Of a DNA stretch of 37,218 bases, positions 17,728-28,728 are shown in pieces. A program made the position numbers and the translations under genes. The number at the start of each line of letters is the position of its first letter. Position 1 is the stretch's first letter. The notes beneath the pieces were generated by a model, which saw only the letters and a program-made list of their open reading frames with translations, made no database searches and was not told the origin of the DNA. Source of the DNA: Gallionellaceae bacterium CG11_big_fil_rev_8_21_14_0_20_60_62 (GTDB lineage: Bacteria > Pseudomonadota > Gammaproteobacteria > Burkholderiales > Gallionellaceae); the NCBI GenBank assembly GCA_002787455.1, contig PCWU01000051.1, positions 19,217 to 56,434 of the forward strand, given 5' to 3'.

Positions 17728-20421
17728 TCATTCGCCCAGCAGTTCCTGCCATAGTCTGGTGACCGCCACAGTATCGACTTGCCCCGGGTCAATCCGGCAC
17801 GGAGTTTGATTGTTAAGCCGCAGCTGATGCTGCAAGCGGCGCAGCTCGCGATAGATTGCGTGCACCGATTTGCTGCTTTGCGCATCAATCAATCCCAGCT
17901 CGCTTGCCGTCTGCAACAACCACAGATTTCCGTAGTTGTTGGTCAGTTGCGGATATTCTGGGGCGTGGGCCAGCACCAAAAACTGCACCATGAACTCGAT
18001 ATCGACCATGCCGCCGCGGTCGTGCTTGATGTCGAACAACGCGCTGTGGTTGGGATGGCCGTCGTGCATCTTGCGCCGCATCTCGATCACTTCGCGTCTC
18101 AGTCGTTGCATATCCCGCGGCAGACAGAGGATTGCCGTGCGAATCTGCTCGAAACGCGCGCCGACCACCGCATCCCCGGCGCAGAAACGCGCGCGCGTCA
18201 GTGCCTGATGTTCCCATACCCAGGCATTTTCACGCTGGTAGGCCGCGAAGGCTTCGAGCGAGCTGACCAGCAATCCGCTGTCGCCGTTCGGGCGCAGGCG
18301 CAGGTCGGTTTCATACAGGCGTCCAGCCACGGTATGGCTGGATAAAATCGTATTGATACGCTGCGCCAGCCGCGCGTAGATTTGCCCGGCATCGGTCTGC
18401 TCGTCGTCGTACAGGAAAACCAGGTCGAGATCGGAGGCGTAGCCCAGTTCCCGCCCGCCCAGTTTGCCGTAGGCGATGATCGCGAAGCGCGGCTGCTCGC
18501 GGTGTTTCTGGCGCAGCTTATCCCAGCACAGGCGCAACACGTGGCGCAGAACCAGGTCGGCCAGATCGCTTAAATGGTCGCTCAATTTTTCCAGCGGCAG
18601 CACGCCCTGCAGATCCATCGCCAGCAGGTGGAAAGTCTGCGCTTGCTGGAACTGGCGCAGCACGTCCATCTCGCGTTCGGTATCGCCGCGAAGGGACTCC
18701 AGTTGCGCGGCCAACTGCGCGTCGAGTGCCGGCCAATCCGGCGCAACATACAGTTCGCGCGTGTCGAGCACCTCGTCCAGCAGCATCGGATGCTGCGCCA
18801 GGTAGTCGCCCGCCCAGGCGCTCGCCGCGAGGATGCGGATCAGGCGCGGCAAGGCTTGCGGATATTCGGCCAGAAAAGCCAGATACGAGGCGCGGCGCGC
18901 GATGGCGTCGAGCAGCATCAGCGCGCGGCGCAGGGCATCGTCGCGGTTGGCTTCGGTCGCGCACAGGCGGATGAAGGCGGGCAGCAGGCTGTCCATGCGC
19001 AGGCGGCTGCTTTCCGGGAGTTGGCGGTAGCGGTTGCTGGCGCGCAATTGCAGTAAGGTATCAGCCTGCGCGCGGGCATCCGTGTAACCCAGTGCGGCCA
19101 AGGCTGTCGCCAGGGTCTCGCCGGTCATCCCTTCCCGCCATAAATCGTCATCTGCCTGCTCCTGTTTGTTGCCAAACACCGCTTCAAACCGCGAGTTGAC
19201 GAAGGCGCGCAAAGGGGAGAGCACGTCAAGCAATCCGGCATAGTCGGCATAGCCCATGGCCCGCGCGATGATCGCGCGCCGCTCATCGTCTTCCGGCAAC
19301 ATCTGGGTTTGCTGGTCGTCGAGGTATTGCAAACGGTGTTCCAGCCTGCGCAGAAATCCATAGCTTTGTTCCAGCCGCTGCACAATGTCTGTTTGCAACT
19401 CGCCTTTCTCACCCAGCAACTGCAGCACCCGGCACGTCGGCCGCTCGCGCAATTGCGCGTCGCGACCGCCGCGAATCAACTGAAACACTTGGGCGATGAA
19501 TTCGATCTCGCGGATGCCGCCCGGCCCCAGCTTGATATTGTCCTGCCTTTCGCGCCGCACCACTTCCGCCCGGATTTGCGCATGCAGTTTGCGCATCGAA
19601 TCAACCGCGCCAAAATCCAGGTACTTGCGAAACACAAAAGGTTGCACCAGTTGTTCCAGTTCGGCGCTGTGCCGGTCCTGCGGCGGCGAAATCACGCGCG
19701 CCTTAATCCAGGCATAGCGTTCCCATTCTCGCCCCTGTGCGACCAGATATTCTTCCAGTGCGGCAAAGCTCATCACCAGCGGCCCGCTGTCGCCGTAGGG
19801 GCGCAGGCGCATATCGACGCGGAACACATAGCCGTCCGCGGTCAGGTCGTTGATGAGGGCGATGATGCGGCGGCCGAGACGGCTGAAGAATTCGTGATTG
19901 GACAGGCTGCGCGCGCCGTCCGTCTCCCCCTCTTCGGGATAGACGAAAATCAGGTCAATGTCGGAGGATACGTTCAATTCGCCGCCGCCAAGTTTTCCCA
20001 TGCCGATTACCAGCATCTGCTGCGGCGTTTTGCTGTCGGCGCCGAGCGGCTGGCCGAATTGTGCGGTCAGGCTATCCATGCAGCACTGCTGTGCGCGCTG
20101 GGCGCTGATCTCTGCCAGCGCGGTCATCGCCTGCATCACTTCGTTCAGATCGCACAACCCGCCCAGATCGCGCAGGATCAAGTGCAGCATCACGCGCTTG
20201 CGCAGGAGGCGCAATGCGCGAGCGAGCCCGGCTTCGTCGCTTGCGGGCAATTCTTTCAGCCAGCGCGCGATCAGCAGCGCATCGGCAGGAAGCCGGTGTT
20301 GCGCGCGCAACACACCAAGCCAGTCCGGCTCGGCATCCAGCAGGCGGGAGAGATAATGGCTGCAATGCCGCGCATGCGAGATCAGCGCGTCAAAATCGTC
20401 AATTTGCGGGAGGGGACTCAT
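17728..20421 (-). CDS. glnE: Glutamine synthetase adenylyltransferase/adenylyl-removing enzyme
   Basis: Two nucleotidyltransferase domains: GMGKLGGGELNVSSDIDLIF / RVDMRLRPYG and YGKLGGRELGYASDLDLVF / ETDLRLRPNG. Confidence 0.97.
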   Translation of the reverse strand: MSPLPQIDDFDALISHARHCSHYLSRLLDAEPDWLGVLRAQHRLPADALLIARWLKELPASDEAGLARALRLLRKRVMLHLILRDLGGLCDLNEVMQAMTALAEISAQRAQQCCMDSLTAQFGQPLGADSKTPQQMLVIGMGKLGGGELNVSSDIDLIFVYPEEGETDGARSLSNHEFFSRLGRRIIALINDLTADGYVFRVDMRLRPYGDSGPLVMSFAALEEYLVAQGREWERYAWIKARVISPPQDRHSAELEQLVQPFVFRKYLDFGAVDSMRKLHAQIRAEVVRRERQDNIKLGPGGIREIEFIAQVFQLIRGGRDAQLRERPTCRVLQLLGEKGELQTDIVQRLEQSYGFLRRLEHRLQYLDDQQTQMLPEDDERRAIIARAMGYADYAGLLDVLSPLRAFVNSRFEAVFGNKQEQADDDLWREGMTGETLATALAALGYTDARAQADTLLQLRASNRYRQLPESSRLRMDSLLPAFIRLCATEANRDDALRRALMLLDAIARRASYLAFLAEYPQALPRLIRILAASAWAGDYLAQHPMLLDEVLDTRELYVAPDWPALDAQLAAQLESLRGDTEREMDVLRQFQQAQTFHLLAMDLQGVLPLEKLSDHLSDLADLVLRHVLRLCWDKLRQKHREQPRFAIIAYGKLGGRELGYASDLDLVFLYDDEQTDAGQIYARLAQRINTILSSHTVAGRLYETDLRLRPNGDSGLLVSSLEAFAAYQRENAWVWEHQALTRARFCAGDAVVGARFEQIRTAILCLPRDMQRLRREVIEMRRKMHDGHPNHSALFDIKHDRGGMVDIEFMVQFLVLAHAPEYPQLTNNYGNLWLLQTASELGLIDAQSSKSVHAIYRELRRLQHQLRLNNQTPCRIDPGQVDTVAVTRLWQELLGE

Positions 20422-20510
20422 GCCGGTTCGGTTAAAATGGGCCGGGCTTCATTATAGTCTTCCCTGTTTTTACTTTTTCTTTTCTGTCCGATTTTGCCGC
20501 GAGGTAAGCG

Positions 20511-23500
20511 ATGCTGAAAACACTCCTGCGCCACACCGCACTCGGCACCTGGTATGCCGCGCGCATCGCGGTGCTGTTTGTGATCGTCTCGATGGCGGCG
20601 GGAGTGGCTTTTTTGCAATTCTCGATATTTCCCGGCATCGAGCGATTTCACGGCGATATCGAGCTGGCGGCCAGCACCGCGATCGGCCGCCCGCTGAAGA
20701 TCGAGCGGATCGAGGCGGACTGGGACGGCTGGCGCCCCAGCCTGTTGTTGACGGGGGTCAGCATCCGCGACGATCAGCGGCGGGTGGCGCTGGAACTGCC
20801 GTCAATGCGCAATACGGTGGCATGGAGCAGTTTGCTGCTTGCCGAATTGCGTTTCCACAGCCTGCAACTGGACAATCCGCAACTGCTGATCCGGCGCGAT
20901 GTGTCCGGGCGTTTGTATGTGGGCGGTATCGAGTCCGATCCGCAGTCGTCGCTGGCGTCGGATGCGGCGACGGCGGATTGGCTGCTGCACCAGACGCTGA
21001 TTGTGGTGAAGGCGGGACAGATCGTTTGGCGCGATGATCTGCGCGGCGCCCCCCCGGTTGCGCTCAAACAGATCGGGCTGAAGGTTGAGAATCGTTTTGA
21101 TCGCCACCGGTTCACCTTGCACGCCACGCCGCCTCCCCGCCTGGCCGCGCCGCTTGAGTTGAGCGGCGATTTGGTTGGAGATACTTTTTCCGGCGCTGAT
21201 AATTGGCACGGCAAGTTGTCTGCCCGTATTCGTCGGGCCGATATCGCGGCGGCGCGCGTCTGGCTCGAATTGCCCCTGCACCTGCAACAGGGACGCGGCG
21301 ATTTGGAGGTGTCGTTGAATCTGGCTCGCGGCAGCGTTGTCCGGATAGACAGCTCGGTTGATTTGCGCGATGTGAGGGCACAGTTGAGGCCGGAGTTGCC
21401 CGTGCTGGCATTGCGCAATATCAAGGGGCAGCTGGGCTGGGAGCAATTGCGCAACGGTTTCGAATTTGCGGCCAATGATTTTTCCCTGCGCATGAACGAC
21501 GGTTTTGTTTTGCCGCGCACCGATTTTTTGCTCAACTGGAATGCCCGTGACGGCTATCGTTCCGCCTCGGGCGAGGTCCGGGCGAACACCCTTAACCTGC
21601 CCGATGTGCAGCATTTGCTTGACTATTTTCCGCTGCAGACGGAAGTGAAACAGCAGGTTGCCGAGTTGGGTCTGCAGGGTCGAGTGGCCGGTCTGCGGGC
21701 AAGTTGGCAGGGTGATTACGAAAAACTGCTGCGTTACCGGATACGCGCCCAGTTTGAAAATATCGGCATGCGTCAGAACGGCAAGCTGCCGGGCTTTTCC
21801 GGCTTGAGCGGCAGTGTTGACGGCAACGACAACGACGGTGTGCTGTCGCTGGACAGTCGCCGGTTCGGTTTGCAGGCCCCGGATTTTCTGGCCGAGCCGT
21901 TGCAGTTTGATCGCCTGTCGGGTCGGTTGGACTGGCAGCACAGCACGCGCCGGGGATGGGATCTCAAGCTCAACGACATCAGGGTGGACAATGCCGATCT
22001 GGCAGGCGTGATCTTTGGCGCGTATCAATTTTCCGACGGCCCGGGTATCGCCGATCTGACCGCCAGTTTCAATCGGGTGTCGGTGCCGCATGCCGCGCGC
22101 TACTTCCCCCTGCATGCTTTTGGCGAGGCGACCTATCACTGGTTGCATACCGGTTTGCAGGCAGGAGTGGCCGACAAGCTCCAGGTGCGGGTGCGCGGCG
22201 ACCTGCGCGATTTCCCTTTTGCGGATGACAAGAACGGGCTGTTCAAACTCACCGCCAAAGCCTCCGATCTGGCAATCCAGTTCGACCCGGACTGGCCCCG
22301 TATCGAACAGGCACAGGCGGATTTTTTGATTCATGGCAGCTTGCTGGAAGTGAAAGCCGGACGTGCCGTGACTGCCGGAGCGGCGCTGCAAAATGTGCGG
22401 GTGGCTTTGCCCGACACGCTGGCGGGGAAGGAGCTGATGATGGTGGTGGATGGCGAGGCGGCGGATGAAACCCGGCGCACCATTGATTACGTCCGCCATA
22501 GTCCGCTCAACGCCTATCTCGGCGGTCACGCCGACGAGTTCAAGGCGCGAGGCACGGGACTTCTTAAATTACATCTGGAGATTCCGCTCGGCCACAGCGC
22601 GCCGAGCAGGGTGAACGGCAGTTACCGCATCGATGACAACGTGCTCGACCTGGGGCCATCTGTTCCCGAATTGCAGCAGGTGAGAGGGACGATCTCGTTC
22701 AGCGATGAAACCATCCGAAGCGGCAATCTGACGGCGCAGATACTCGGCGGTCCGGCCCGTGTTGATGTACGCGGCGGCGACGGGGTTTTGAAGGTCCGCG
22801 CCGACGGCAGGCTGGATGCGGATGTTTTGCAGAAAGACTATGCCTACTCTTTGCTGCAGCGCTTGCACGGTCAAACCGACTGGCAGGCGGAAATCGACGT
22901 GCGCGGCAAAGTGGCCGAAGTGCGGGTCAGTTCCGACTTGCTCGGCTTGGCTGCCGATTTACCCCGGCCATTCAATAAAGCGCCGGATGAGCGGATTAAG
23001 CTGCGCTTCGAGCAGAAAGCTGCGGCGGAGGGAAAGACCAATCTGACCTTGCGTTACGGCGAAATTTTCGCGGCTAATCTGTTGCGCAGTGCAAGCGCGG
23101 ATGGCGCAAGCGAAATCCGGCGCGGCACGATCGTGTTGGGCCGTGCGGAGAATGTGCCGAAGCGGGATGGCATCTGGATTCTGGGCCGGCTTGCGCACCT
23201 CGATCTGCAAGGCTGGAGCGGCTGGTCTGAGTTGCCCCGGCGCGAAGGGATGTTGCCGAATATTGCCGGTATCGACGTGACCTTCGAGCAGATCGCCGGA
23301 TTTGGCAACCGCGTGCGTGACCTCAATATTCGCGGCAGCGGACGCAACGGCCTGATCAGCACGCGTCTCACTTCACCCCAGATCAACGGCGATCTGATCT
23401 GGCAGCCGCAGGATCAGGGAAAGCTGCTGGTGCGGCTGAAACAGTTGAAATTGGGCGAGAGCGGGGGCGACCCGGGCGTGACTGTCGTTGAGGCGCCCGA

Positions 23501-24341
23501 ATCCGCGCCGTCGGCGGGTGCGGTTTCGATGCCGGTGATTGATATGGCGGTGGAAAATTTAAGCTGGAAAGGGAGAAGCCTGGGCAAACTTGAGTTATTG
23601 CTGGAAGCGGAAGCGGCGGATGTGGTGCTGAAATCCCTGCGTTTAACTAACCAGGATGGGCTGGCGGAAGCCAGCGGGCGCTGGCGCACCGCGGAAAACA
23701 AAACGCAAATCGATGTCAGGATTGAGATTTCGGATTCCGGCAAGCTGTTGGGGCGCTCCGGATATCCGGGCAGTGTGGCGGGCGCCAAAGGCGTGTTTGA
23801 GAGCGCGCTGACCTGGCCGGGCGCGCCGTATGAATTCAATTATCCCGGTCTGTTCGGTTCGGTTCGGGTCAAGGTGGGGAAAGGACGTTTCCTGCAAGTC
23901 GATCCGGGAGCGGGCAAGCTGCTTGGCGTGTTGAGTCTGCAGGCAATCCCCAAACGCATCTCGCTCGATTTCACCGACATATTCAGCCCCGGCTTCCAGT
24001 TCGACAGTATTGCCGGATTGGCACTGATCGAAAACGGCATGCTCAAGACCGAAGATTTTACGATGCAGGGCACGGCAGCCAAAGTCACCCTGAAGGGGGA
24101 GGTGGATCTGCAGCGCGAGACACAGCAACTGCAAGTACGGGTGTATCCCGCGCTGGGTGACAGTGTTTCGCTGCTGTCCTTTGCCGCCGGGCCGGTGGTG
24201 GGGGTGGGCGTGCTGCTGGCCAGCAAACTATTGCGCAACCCGCTCGATAAGCTGGTCGCGTTTGACTACAATGTGAGCGGAAGTTGGGCGGATCCCGTGG
24301 TCGAACACGTCGCGCCAAATCCGCCGCCCGCAGCGGAATAA
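20511..24341 (+). CDS. yhdP: YhdP family AsmA-like lipid transport protein
   Basis: 1276 aa, N-terminal TM helix, beta-rich body, C-terminal GKLLGVLSLQAIPKRISLDFTDIF and YNVSGSWADP; yhdP-nitrilase-tldD synteny. Confidence 0.9.
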   Translation: MLKTLLRHTALGTWYAARIAVLFVIVSMAAGVAFLQFSIFPGIERFHGDIELAASTAIGRPLKIERIEADWDGWRPSLLLTGVSIRDDQRRVALELPSMRNTVAWSSLLLAELRFHSLQLDNPQLLIRRDVSGRLYVGGIESDPQSSLASDAATADWLLHQTLIVVKAGQIVWRDDLRGAPPVALKQIGLKVENRFDRHRFTLHATPPPRLAAPLELSGDLVGDTFSGADNWHGKLSARIRRADIAAARVWLELPLHLQQGRGDLEVSLNLARGSVVRIDSSVDLRDVRAQLRPELPVLALRNIKGQLGWEQLRNGFEFAANDFSLRMNDGFVLPRTDFLLNWNARDGYRSASGEVRANTLNLPDVQHLLDYFPLQTEVKQQVAELGLQGRVAGLRASWQGDYEKLLRYRIRAQFENIGMRQNGKLPGFSGLSGSVDGNDNDGVLSLDSRRFGLQAPDFLAEPLQFDRLSGRLDWQHSTRRGWDLKLNDIRVDNADLAGVIFGAYQFSDGPGIADLTASFNRVSVPHAARYFPLHAFGEATYHWLHTGLQAGVADKLQVRVRGDLRDFPFADDKNGLFKLTAKASDLAIQFDPDWPRIEQAQADFLIHGSLLEVKAGRAVTAGAALQNVRVALPDTLAGKELMMVVDGEAADETRRTIDYVRHSPLNAYLGGHADEFKARGTGLLKLHLEIPLGHSAPSRVNGSYRIDDNVLDLGPSVPELQQVRGTISFSDETIRSGNLTAQILGGPARVDVRGGDGVLKVRADGRLDADVLQKDYAYSLLQRLHGQTDWQAEIDVRGKVAEVRVSSDLLGLAADLPRPFNKAPDERIKLRFEQKAAAEGKTNLTLRYGEIFAANLLRSASADGASEIRRGTIVLGRAENVPKRDGIWILGRLAHLDLQGWSGWSELPRREGMLPNIAGIDVTFEQIAGFGNRVRDLNIRGSGRNGLISTRLTSPQINGDLIWQPQDQGKLLVRLKQLKLGESGGDPGVTVVEAPESAPSAGAVSMPVIDMAVENLSWKGRSLGKLELLLEAEAADVVLKSLRLTNQDGLAEASGRWRTAENKTQIDVRIEISDSGKLLGRSGYPGSVAGAKGVFESALTWPGAPYEFNYPGLFGSVRVKVGKGRFLQVDPGAGKLLGVLSLQAIPKRISLDFTDIFSPGFQFDSIAGLALIENGMLKTEDFTMQGTAAKVTLKGEVDLQRETQQLQVRVYPALGDSVSLLSFAAGPVVGVGVLLASKLLRNPLDKLVAFDYNVSGSWADPVVEHVAPNPPPAAE

Positions 24342-24377
24342 TCCTCAATCCACTTAATCACGAAAGAAACAGCCGCC

Positions 24378-25250
24378 ATGACTCCCTTGTCCATCGACTC
24401 CACCCAGTCACGCATCGCCGCGCAGCAAAGCGCGTTTAAGGTTGCCGCCGTCCAGATGGCCTCGGGCCCCAGGGTGGAAGGCAATCTCAATGAAGCGCGG
24501 CGTCTGATCGCCGATGCCGCCGCCAAAGGGGCGAAGCTGGTGGTTCTGCCGGAGTTTTTTGCCATCATGGGCATGGATGAAACGGACAAGGTGAAGGTGT
24601 GCGAAACGCCGGGAGAAGGCGTGATCCAGCAGTTCATGCGCGAACAGGCGCGCCGGCACAAGATATGGTTAATAGGTTCGCTGCCGCTGCAGGCGACAGC
24701 GCCGGACAAAGTGCGCAACAGCCTGCTGGTGTTCGACGAAAGCGGCACCCAGGTGGCGCGCTACGACAAGATTCACCTGTTCAACCTGACCCTGGGCAAC
24801 GAAAGCTATAACGAGGCGCAGACCATCGAGGCGGGCGACAAGGTGGTGGTGGTGGACAGCCCGTTCGGGCGCATCGGCCTCGCCATCTGCTACGACCTGC
24901 GTTTCCCGGAACTGTTTCGCACCATGCCGGATGTGGACCTCATCGTGCTGCCGGCGGCATTTACCGCGACCACCGGCAAGGTGCACTGGGAGCCGCTGGT
25001 GCGCGCCCGCGCCATCGAGAATCTGTCATACGTCATCGCCGCCGCGCAGGGCGGCTATCACGTGAACGGGCGCGAGACGCACGGCCACAGCATGATCGTC
25101 GATCCGTGGGGACGCATCCTCGACGAGTTACCGCGCGGCTCCGGCGTGGTAATGGCCGAAATCAACGCGTCCTATCAGAAGAGCCTGCGCGCCAGCCTGC
25201 CCGCGCTGTCGCACCGCAACATCACCTGCAACTGCTGCGACCAGGCATGA
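24378..25250 (+). CDS. Carbon-nitrogen hydrolase (Nit1 / deaminated glutathione amidase family)
   Basis: E-K-C triad in [22 protein letters not shown]; RARAIEN; [10 protein letters not shown]. Confidence 0.93.
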   Translation: MTPLSIDSTQSRIAAQQSAFKVAAVQMASGPRVEGNLNEARRLIADAAAKGAKLVVLPEFFAIMGMDETDKVKVCETPGEGVIQQFMREQARRHKIWLIGSLPLQATAPDKVRNSLLVFDESGTQVARYDKIHLFNLTLGNESYNEAQTIEAGDKVVVVDSPFGRIGLAICYDLRFPELFRTMPDVDLIVLPAAFTATTGKVHWEPLVRARAIENLSYVIAAAQGGYHVNGRETHGHSMIVDPWGRILDELPRGSGVVMAEINASYQKSLRASLPALSHRNITCNCCDQA

Positions 25251-26689
25251 GCGGCCACAGCGCACTGCAACTCGCGCAACGCACCCTGCTCGACGCGCAT
25301 GGACTGGGCGAGCGAGATTTACAACAGGTGTTTGGCACCCTGCTGGCGCACCGTGTCGATTACGCCGACCTGTATTTCCAGTACAGCCGTGCCGAGAGCT
25401 GGTCGCTGGAGGAAGGCATCGTCAAATCCGGCAGTTTCCATATCGACCAGGGCGTCGGTGTGCGTGCGGTCAGCGGCGACAAAACCGCGTTTGCCTATTC
25501 CGACGATATAACTTTGAGCGCGCTACAGGAAGCGGCGCTGGCGACGCGTGCCATCGCGCGCCAGGGCGGCAGGCAGAAAGCTGCCCATTTGCATACGGCC
25601 CGCGCGCGCCGCTTGTATCTGCCGCAGGATCCGATTGCCACCTTGAACGCCGATGAAAAGGTGGCCCTGCTGGAGAAACTGGAGCGCATGGCGCGCGCGC
25701 TTGATCCTCGCGTGACCCAGGTGATGGCCAATCTGTCCGGCGAATACGAGGAAGTGCTGGTAGCGCGCGGCGACGGTTTGCTGACTGCCGATATCCGTCC
25801 GCTGGTGCGCCTGTCGCTGCAAGTCATTGTCGAAAGCGAAGGACGGCGCGAACAGGGTTCGGCCGGCGGCGGCGGACGTTTCGATTACCGCTATTTCAGC
25901 GACGAAGTGTTGCAGCGCTACGCGCAGGAAGCGGTGCACCAGGCCACTGTCGCGCTGGTGGCGCGTCCGGCACCGGCGGGTAACATGACCGTGGTGCTCG
26001 GTTCCGGCTGGCCCGGCATCCTGTTGCACGAGGCGGTCGGGCACGGACTCGAAGGCGACTTCAACCGCAAGGGCAGCTCGGCCTTTTCCGGCCGCGTCGG
26101 CCAGCGCGTGGCGGCGAAGGGTGTCACCGTGGTGGATGACGGCACCATTTGCGACCGGCGCGGCTCGCTCAACATGGACGACGAGGGCAACCCGACCCAG
26201 CGCACTGTGCTGATCGAGGACGGCATCCTGCGCGGTTACCTGCAGGACAGCCTGAACGCGCGCCTGATGAAGGTCCCGCTAACCGGCAACGCGCGGCGCG
26301 AATCGTTCGCCCACCTGCCGATTCCGCGCATGACCAACACCATGATGCTGGCCGGCGACAAGACGCCGGAAGAAATCATCGCATCAGTCAAACATGGCCT
26401 GTATGCCGCCAACTTCGGTGGCGGCCAGGTTGATATCACCAGCGGCAAATTCGTGTTCTCCACCACCGAGGCGTACATGATCGAGGACGGTAAGATCACC
26501 TATCCGGTCAAGGGCGCGACCCTGATCGGCAGCGGACCGGAAGCGCTGACGCGCGTCAGCATGATAGGCAACGACATGGCGCTTGATCCCGGCGTGGGTA
26601 CTTGCGGCAAGGAAGGGCAGAGCGTGCCGGTCGGCGTGGGCCAGCCGACGCTGCGCATCGACGGACTGACCGTGGGCGGCACCTCCTGA
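25247..26689 (+). CDS. tldD: Metalloprotease TldD
   Basis: [22 protein letters not shown] (HExxxH), [21 protein letters not shown]; ATGA overlap with the nitrilase stop. Confidence 0.96.
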   Translation: MSGHSALQLAQRTLLDAHGLGERDLQQVFGTLLAHRVDYADLYFQYSRAESWSLEEGIVKSGSFHIDQGVGVRAVSGDKTAFAYSDDITLSALQEAALATRAIARQGGRQKAAHLHTARARRLYLPQDPIATLNADEKVALLEKLERMARALDPRVTQVMANLSGEYEEVLVARGDGLLTADIRPLVRLSLQVIVESEGRREQGSAGGGGRFDYRYFSDEVLQRYAQEAVHQATVALVARPAPAGNMTVVLGSGWPGILLHEAVGHGLEGDFNRKGSSAFSGRVGQRVAAKGVTVVDDGTICDRRGSLNMDDEGNPTQRTVLIEDGILRGYLQDSLNARLMKVPLTGNARRESFAHLPIPRMTNTMMLAGDKTPEEIIASVKHGLYAANFGGGQVDITSGKFVFSTTEAYMIEDGKITYPVKGATLIGSGPEALTRVSMIGNDMALDPGVGTCGKEGQSVPVGVGQPTLRIDGLTVGGTS

Positions 26690-26708
26690 TTCGGATGACG
26701 AGGGGAAT

Positions 26709-27098
26709 ATGACGACATATGCTTTGCTGGCAATCGGTTTTGGCGCCGCTCTGGGTGCCTGGCTGCGCTGGGGCTTGGGCTTGTGGCTCAATCCCGCATT
26801 GTCTGAATTGCCGCTCGGCACACTGGCCGCCAATCTCGTCGGCGGCTACCTCATCGGCGTCGCCATCGCGTTTTTTATGCAACATCCCGGTATCGCGACC
26901 GAGTGGCGGCTGTTCATCATCACCGGATTTCTCGGCGGTCTGACCACCTTTTCCACGTTTTCCGCCGAAACCGTGACGCTGTTGCTGCGCGGGCAATACG
27001 CATGGGGCAGCGCCATCATCGTGACCCATCTCGGCGGTTCCCTGCTGATGACGGTGCTGGGGATACAGACGTTCAAATGGCTACAGGCGGGAGGCTAA
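26709..27098 (+). CDS. crcB: Fluoride efflux channel CrcB/FluC
   Basis: [35 protein letters not shown]. Confidence 0.96.
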   Translation: MTTYALLAIGFGAALGAWLRWGLGLWLNPALSELPLGTLAANLVGGYLIGVAIAFFMQHPGIATEWRLFIITGFLGGLTTFSTFSAETVTLLLRGQYAWGSAIIVTHLGGSLLMTVLGIQTFKWLQAGG

Positions 27099-27099
27099 A

Positions 27100-27411
27100 A
27101 TGCAAAGCATCTATCTCAAATTCTACCTGAGCGAGAAGCATCATCATCGCGGCAAGCTGCTGTCTGAATGGTTGCTTGAGCAAGGCCGGGCGCAGGGCGT
27201 GCCCGGCGGCTCGGTGTTTCGGGCGATTGCCGGTTTCGGCCGGCACGGCCATCTGCATGAAGAAACCTTTTTCGAGCTGGGTGGAGAGTTGCCGATGCAG
27301 GTGGAATTCGTGCTGACGGCAGACGCGGCGGAACATCTCCTCAAGACACTGCGCGAGGAGAAACTGCAACTTCCATTTGTGCGCTATGCGGTGGAAAGCG
27401 GGCTGACCTGA
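27100..27411 (+). CDS. DUF190 PII-like protein
   Basis: GGSVFRAIAGFGRHG, LPMQVEFV; usual partner gene of crcB. Confidence 0.88.
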   Translation: MQSIYLKFYLSEKHHHRGKLLSEWLLEQGRAQGVPGGSVFRAIAGFGRHGHLHEETFFELGGELPMQVEFVLTADAAEHLLKTLREEKLQLPFVRYAVESGLT

Positions 27412-27479
27412 ACGGTCAGCCCGCTTGGCAGGCAGGGTTTCCCCGGGGGGTGCAAAAAATCTGCGGGCCAACCCGGCGC

Positions 27480-27497
27480 GTCGGGCTAAAGCCCGAC
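27480..27497. repeat. Single degenerate REP of the folC family
   Basis: GTCGGGCTAAAGCCCGAC, 17/18 identical to folC 1318-1335, followed by GTGC rather than CTAC; between convergent genes. Confidence 0.8.
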
Positions 27498-27501
27498 GTG
27501 C

Positions 27502-27861
27502 TTACTTGCCGGACAGCAGCAATTTGATCTGTGCTTCGGCTGCGACCCAGTAATCCATGGAGCTGCCCTTGAAACTGTTTTTTTCGGCCAGAAAGTAAGC
27601 CGCTTCCTGCACCATGCAGTAACGCTGTTCGGCACTGGGGGCGGCGGCTTTCTTGCTTGCGCTTTGGGCGCGTGGCGCGGCGGCCTTTGTCACTGCGGGG
27701 CTGGCTTTGGTTGCCGCAGCTTTGGGCGTTGCAGCTTTTGCTGTTGCGGCCTTGGCAGTGGTTTTTGCGGGTGCCGTTTTGGCGGCGGTTTTGGCCGCGG
27801 ATGCGGTGCTCTTGACGGTGCCCGTCTTGCTGGTGCTGGTTGCTTTTTTGGTGGTTGCCAT
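27502..27861 (-). CDS. DUF2934-domain protein with a Lys/Ala/Thr-rich histone-H1-like N-terminus
   Basis: RYCMVQEAAYFLAEKNSF...DYWVAAEAQI C-terminal motif; AAKTA/KAAT low-complexity repeats. Confidence 0.82.
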   Translation of the reverse strand: MATTKKATSTSKTGTVKSTASAAKTAAKTAPAKTTAKAATAKAATPKAAATKASPAVTKAAAPRAQSASKKAAAPSAEQRYCMVQEAAYFLAEKNSFKGSSMDYWVAAEAQIKLLLSGK

Positions 27862-27972
27862 GTTGATCCCCTGATTAAAAAATTTGCCGATGCGCGGAGT
27901 CGCCGTGTGGCTGACCCCGTTCGAGGCGCGGGATTATACAGCGATTTATCTTAACGCCTTGTTATATCTACG

Positions 27973-28728
27973 TTACAGTGTAAGGACGCCGCCCGGACAT
28001 GAGGTGGATTGTTCGACGCGGGTGATGGTCGGCAACAGATTGAGGCCGCTGTTTGCCTTCAGTTCGGTGGCGCGTTCGCGCATCTCTTCCACTTCTATCT
28101 CAACCGTATCGCCTGCCGTGGCAAAGGCGATCACATTGCCGCTGTCGCATGAGGGAAACATCAGTGCGCGGCCGTCGAAGGCGGTTTCGATGTGGGCGAA
28201 GCCGCCCTTTACGCCGCGACTCAGGCCGAGCAGGTTGACCGCGAGGATGCCCTGTTCCGTCAGGCGGGCGCGGCAGGACTGGTAGAACGGCAGGGTGTTC
28301 AGCTCGCCCGGACGCGCGCGTTCGTCGAAGCCGTCGACCAGGATCAGATCGAATTTCTTGTCCGTGCCGAGCATGTATTGCGCGCCGTCGCCCAGCACCA
28401 GATGGATGCGCTTGTCGTCTTCCGGCAGCTTGAAATACTGCTTCGCCGCCGCCACCACGCGCGGTTCGATCTCGACGATGGTCAGCTGTGCCAGCGGCAG
28501 ATTGCGGTAAATGAACTTGGTCAGCGATGCCGCGCCCAAACCGATCAGCAGTACCTTGCGCGGAAAGCGCCGCTCGTCGCGCATCAGCAGCGGCGCCATC
28601 ATCTCTTTGGTGTAGTCCAGTTCCAGGTTCCACGGCCGCGCGATGCGCATCGCGCCCTGGATCCAGCGCGAGCCGAAATGCAGATAGCGGACGCCCGCTT
28701 CCTCGCTGATGTCGATGGGGAAACTCAT
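27973..28728 (-). CDS. Spermidine synthase-like SAM-dependent transferase
   Basis: IDISEEAGVRYLHFGSRWIQGAM, LLIGLGAASL, VEIEP, DLILVDGFD; ATGA overlap with nnrD. Confidence 0.85.
   Translation of the reverse strand: MSFPIDISEEAGVRYLHFGSRWIQGAMRIARPWNLELDYTKEMMAPLLMRDERRFPRKVLLIGLGAASLTKFIYRNLPLAQLTIVEIEPRVVAAAKQYFKLPEDDKRIHLVLGDGAQYMLGTDKKFDLILVDGFDERARPGELNTLPFYQSCRARLTEQGILAVNLLGLSRGVKGGFAHIETAFDGRALMFPSCDSGNVIAFATAGDTVEIEVEEMRERATELKANSGLNLLPTITRVEQSTSCPGGVLTL

Noticed and set aside
26690-26708. Fluoride riboswitch upstream of crcB
   Set aside because: Only 19 bp separate tldD and crcB and no aptamer pattern is visible; crcB appears operonic.
17728-27411. glnE / yhdP-nitrilase-tldD / crcB-DUF190 cluster as a novel system
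   Set aside because: These are familiar conserved proteobacterial gene neighbourhoods with no unexplained ORFs.
27640-27861. Low-complexity repeats as a DNA repeat element
   Set aside because: Explained by the Ala/Lys/Thr-rich coding sequence of the DUF2934 protein.
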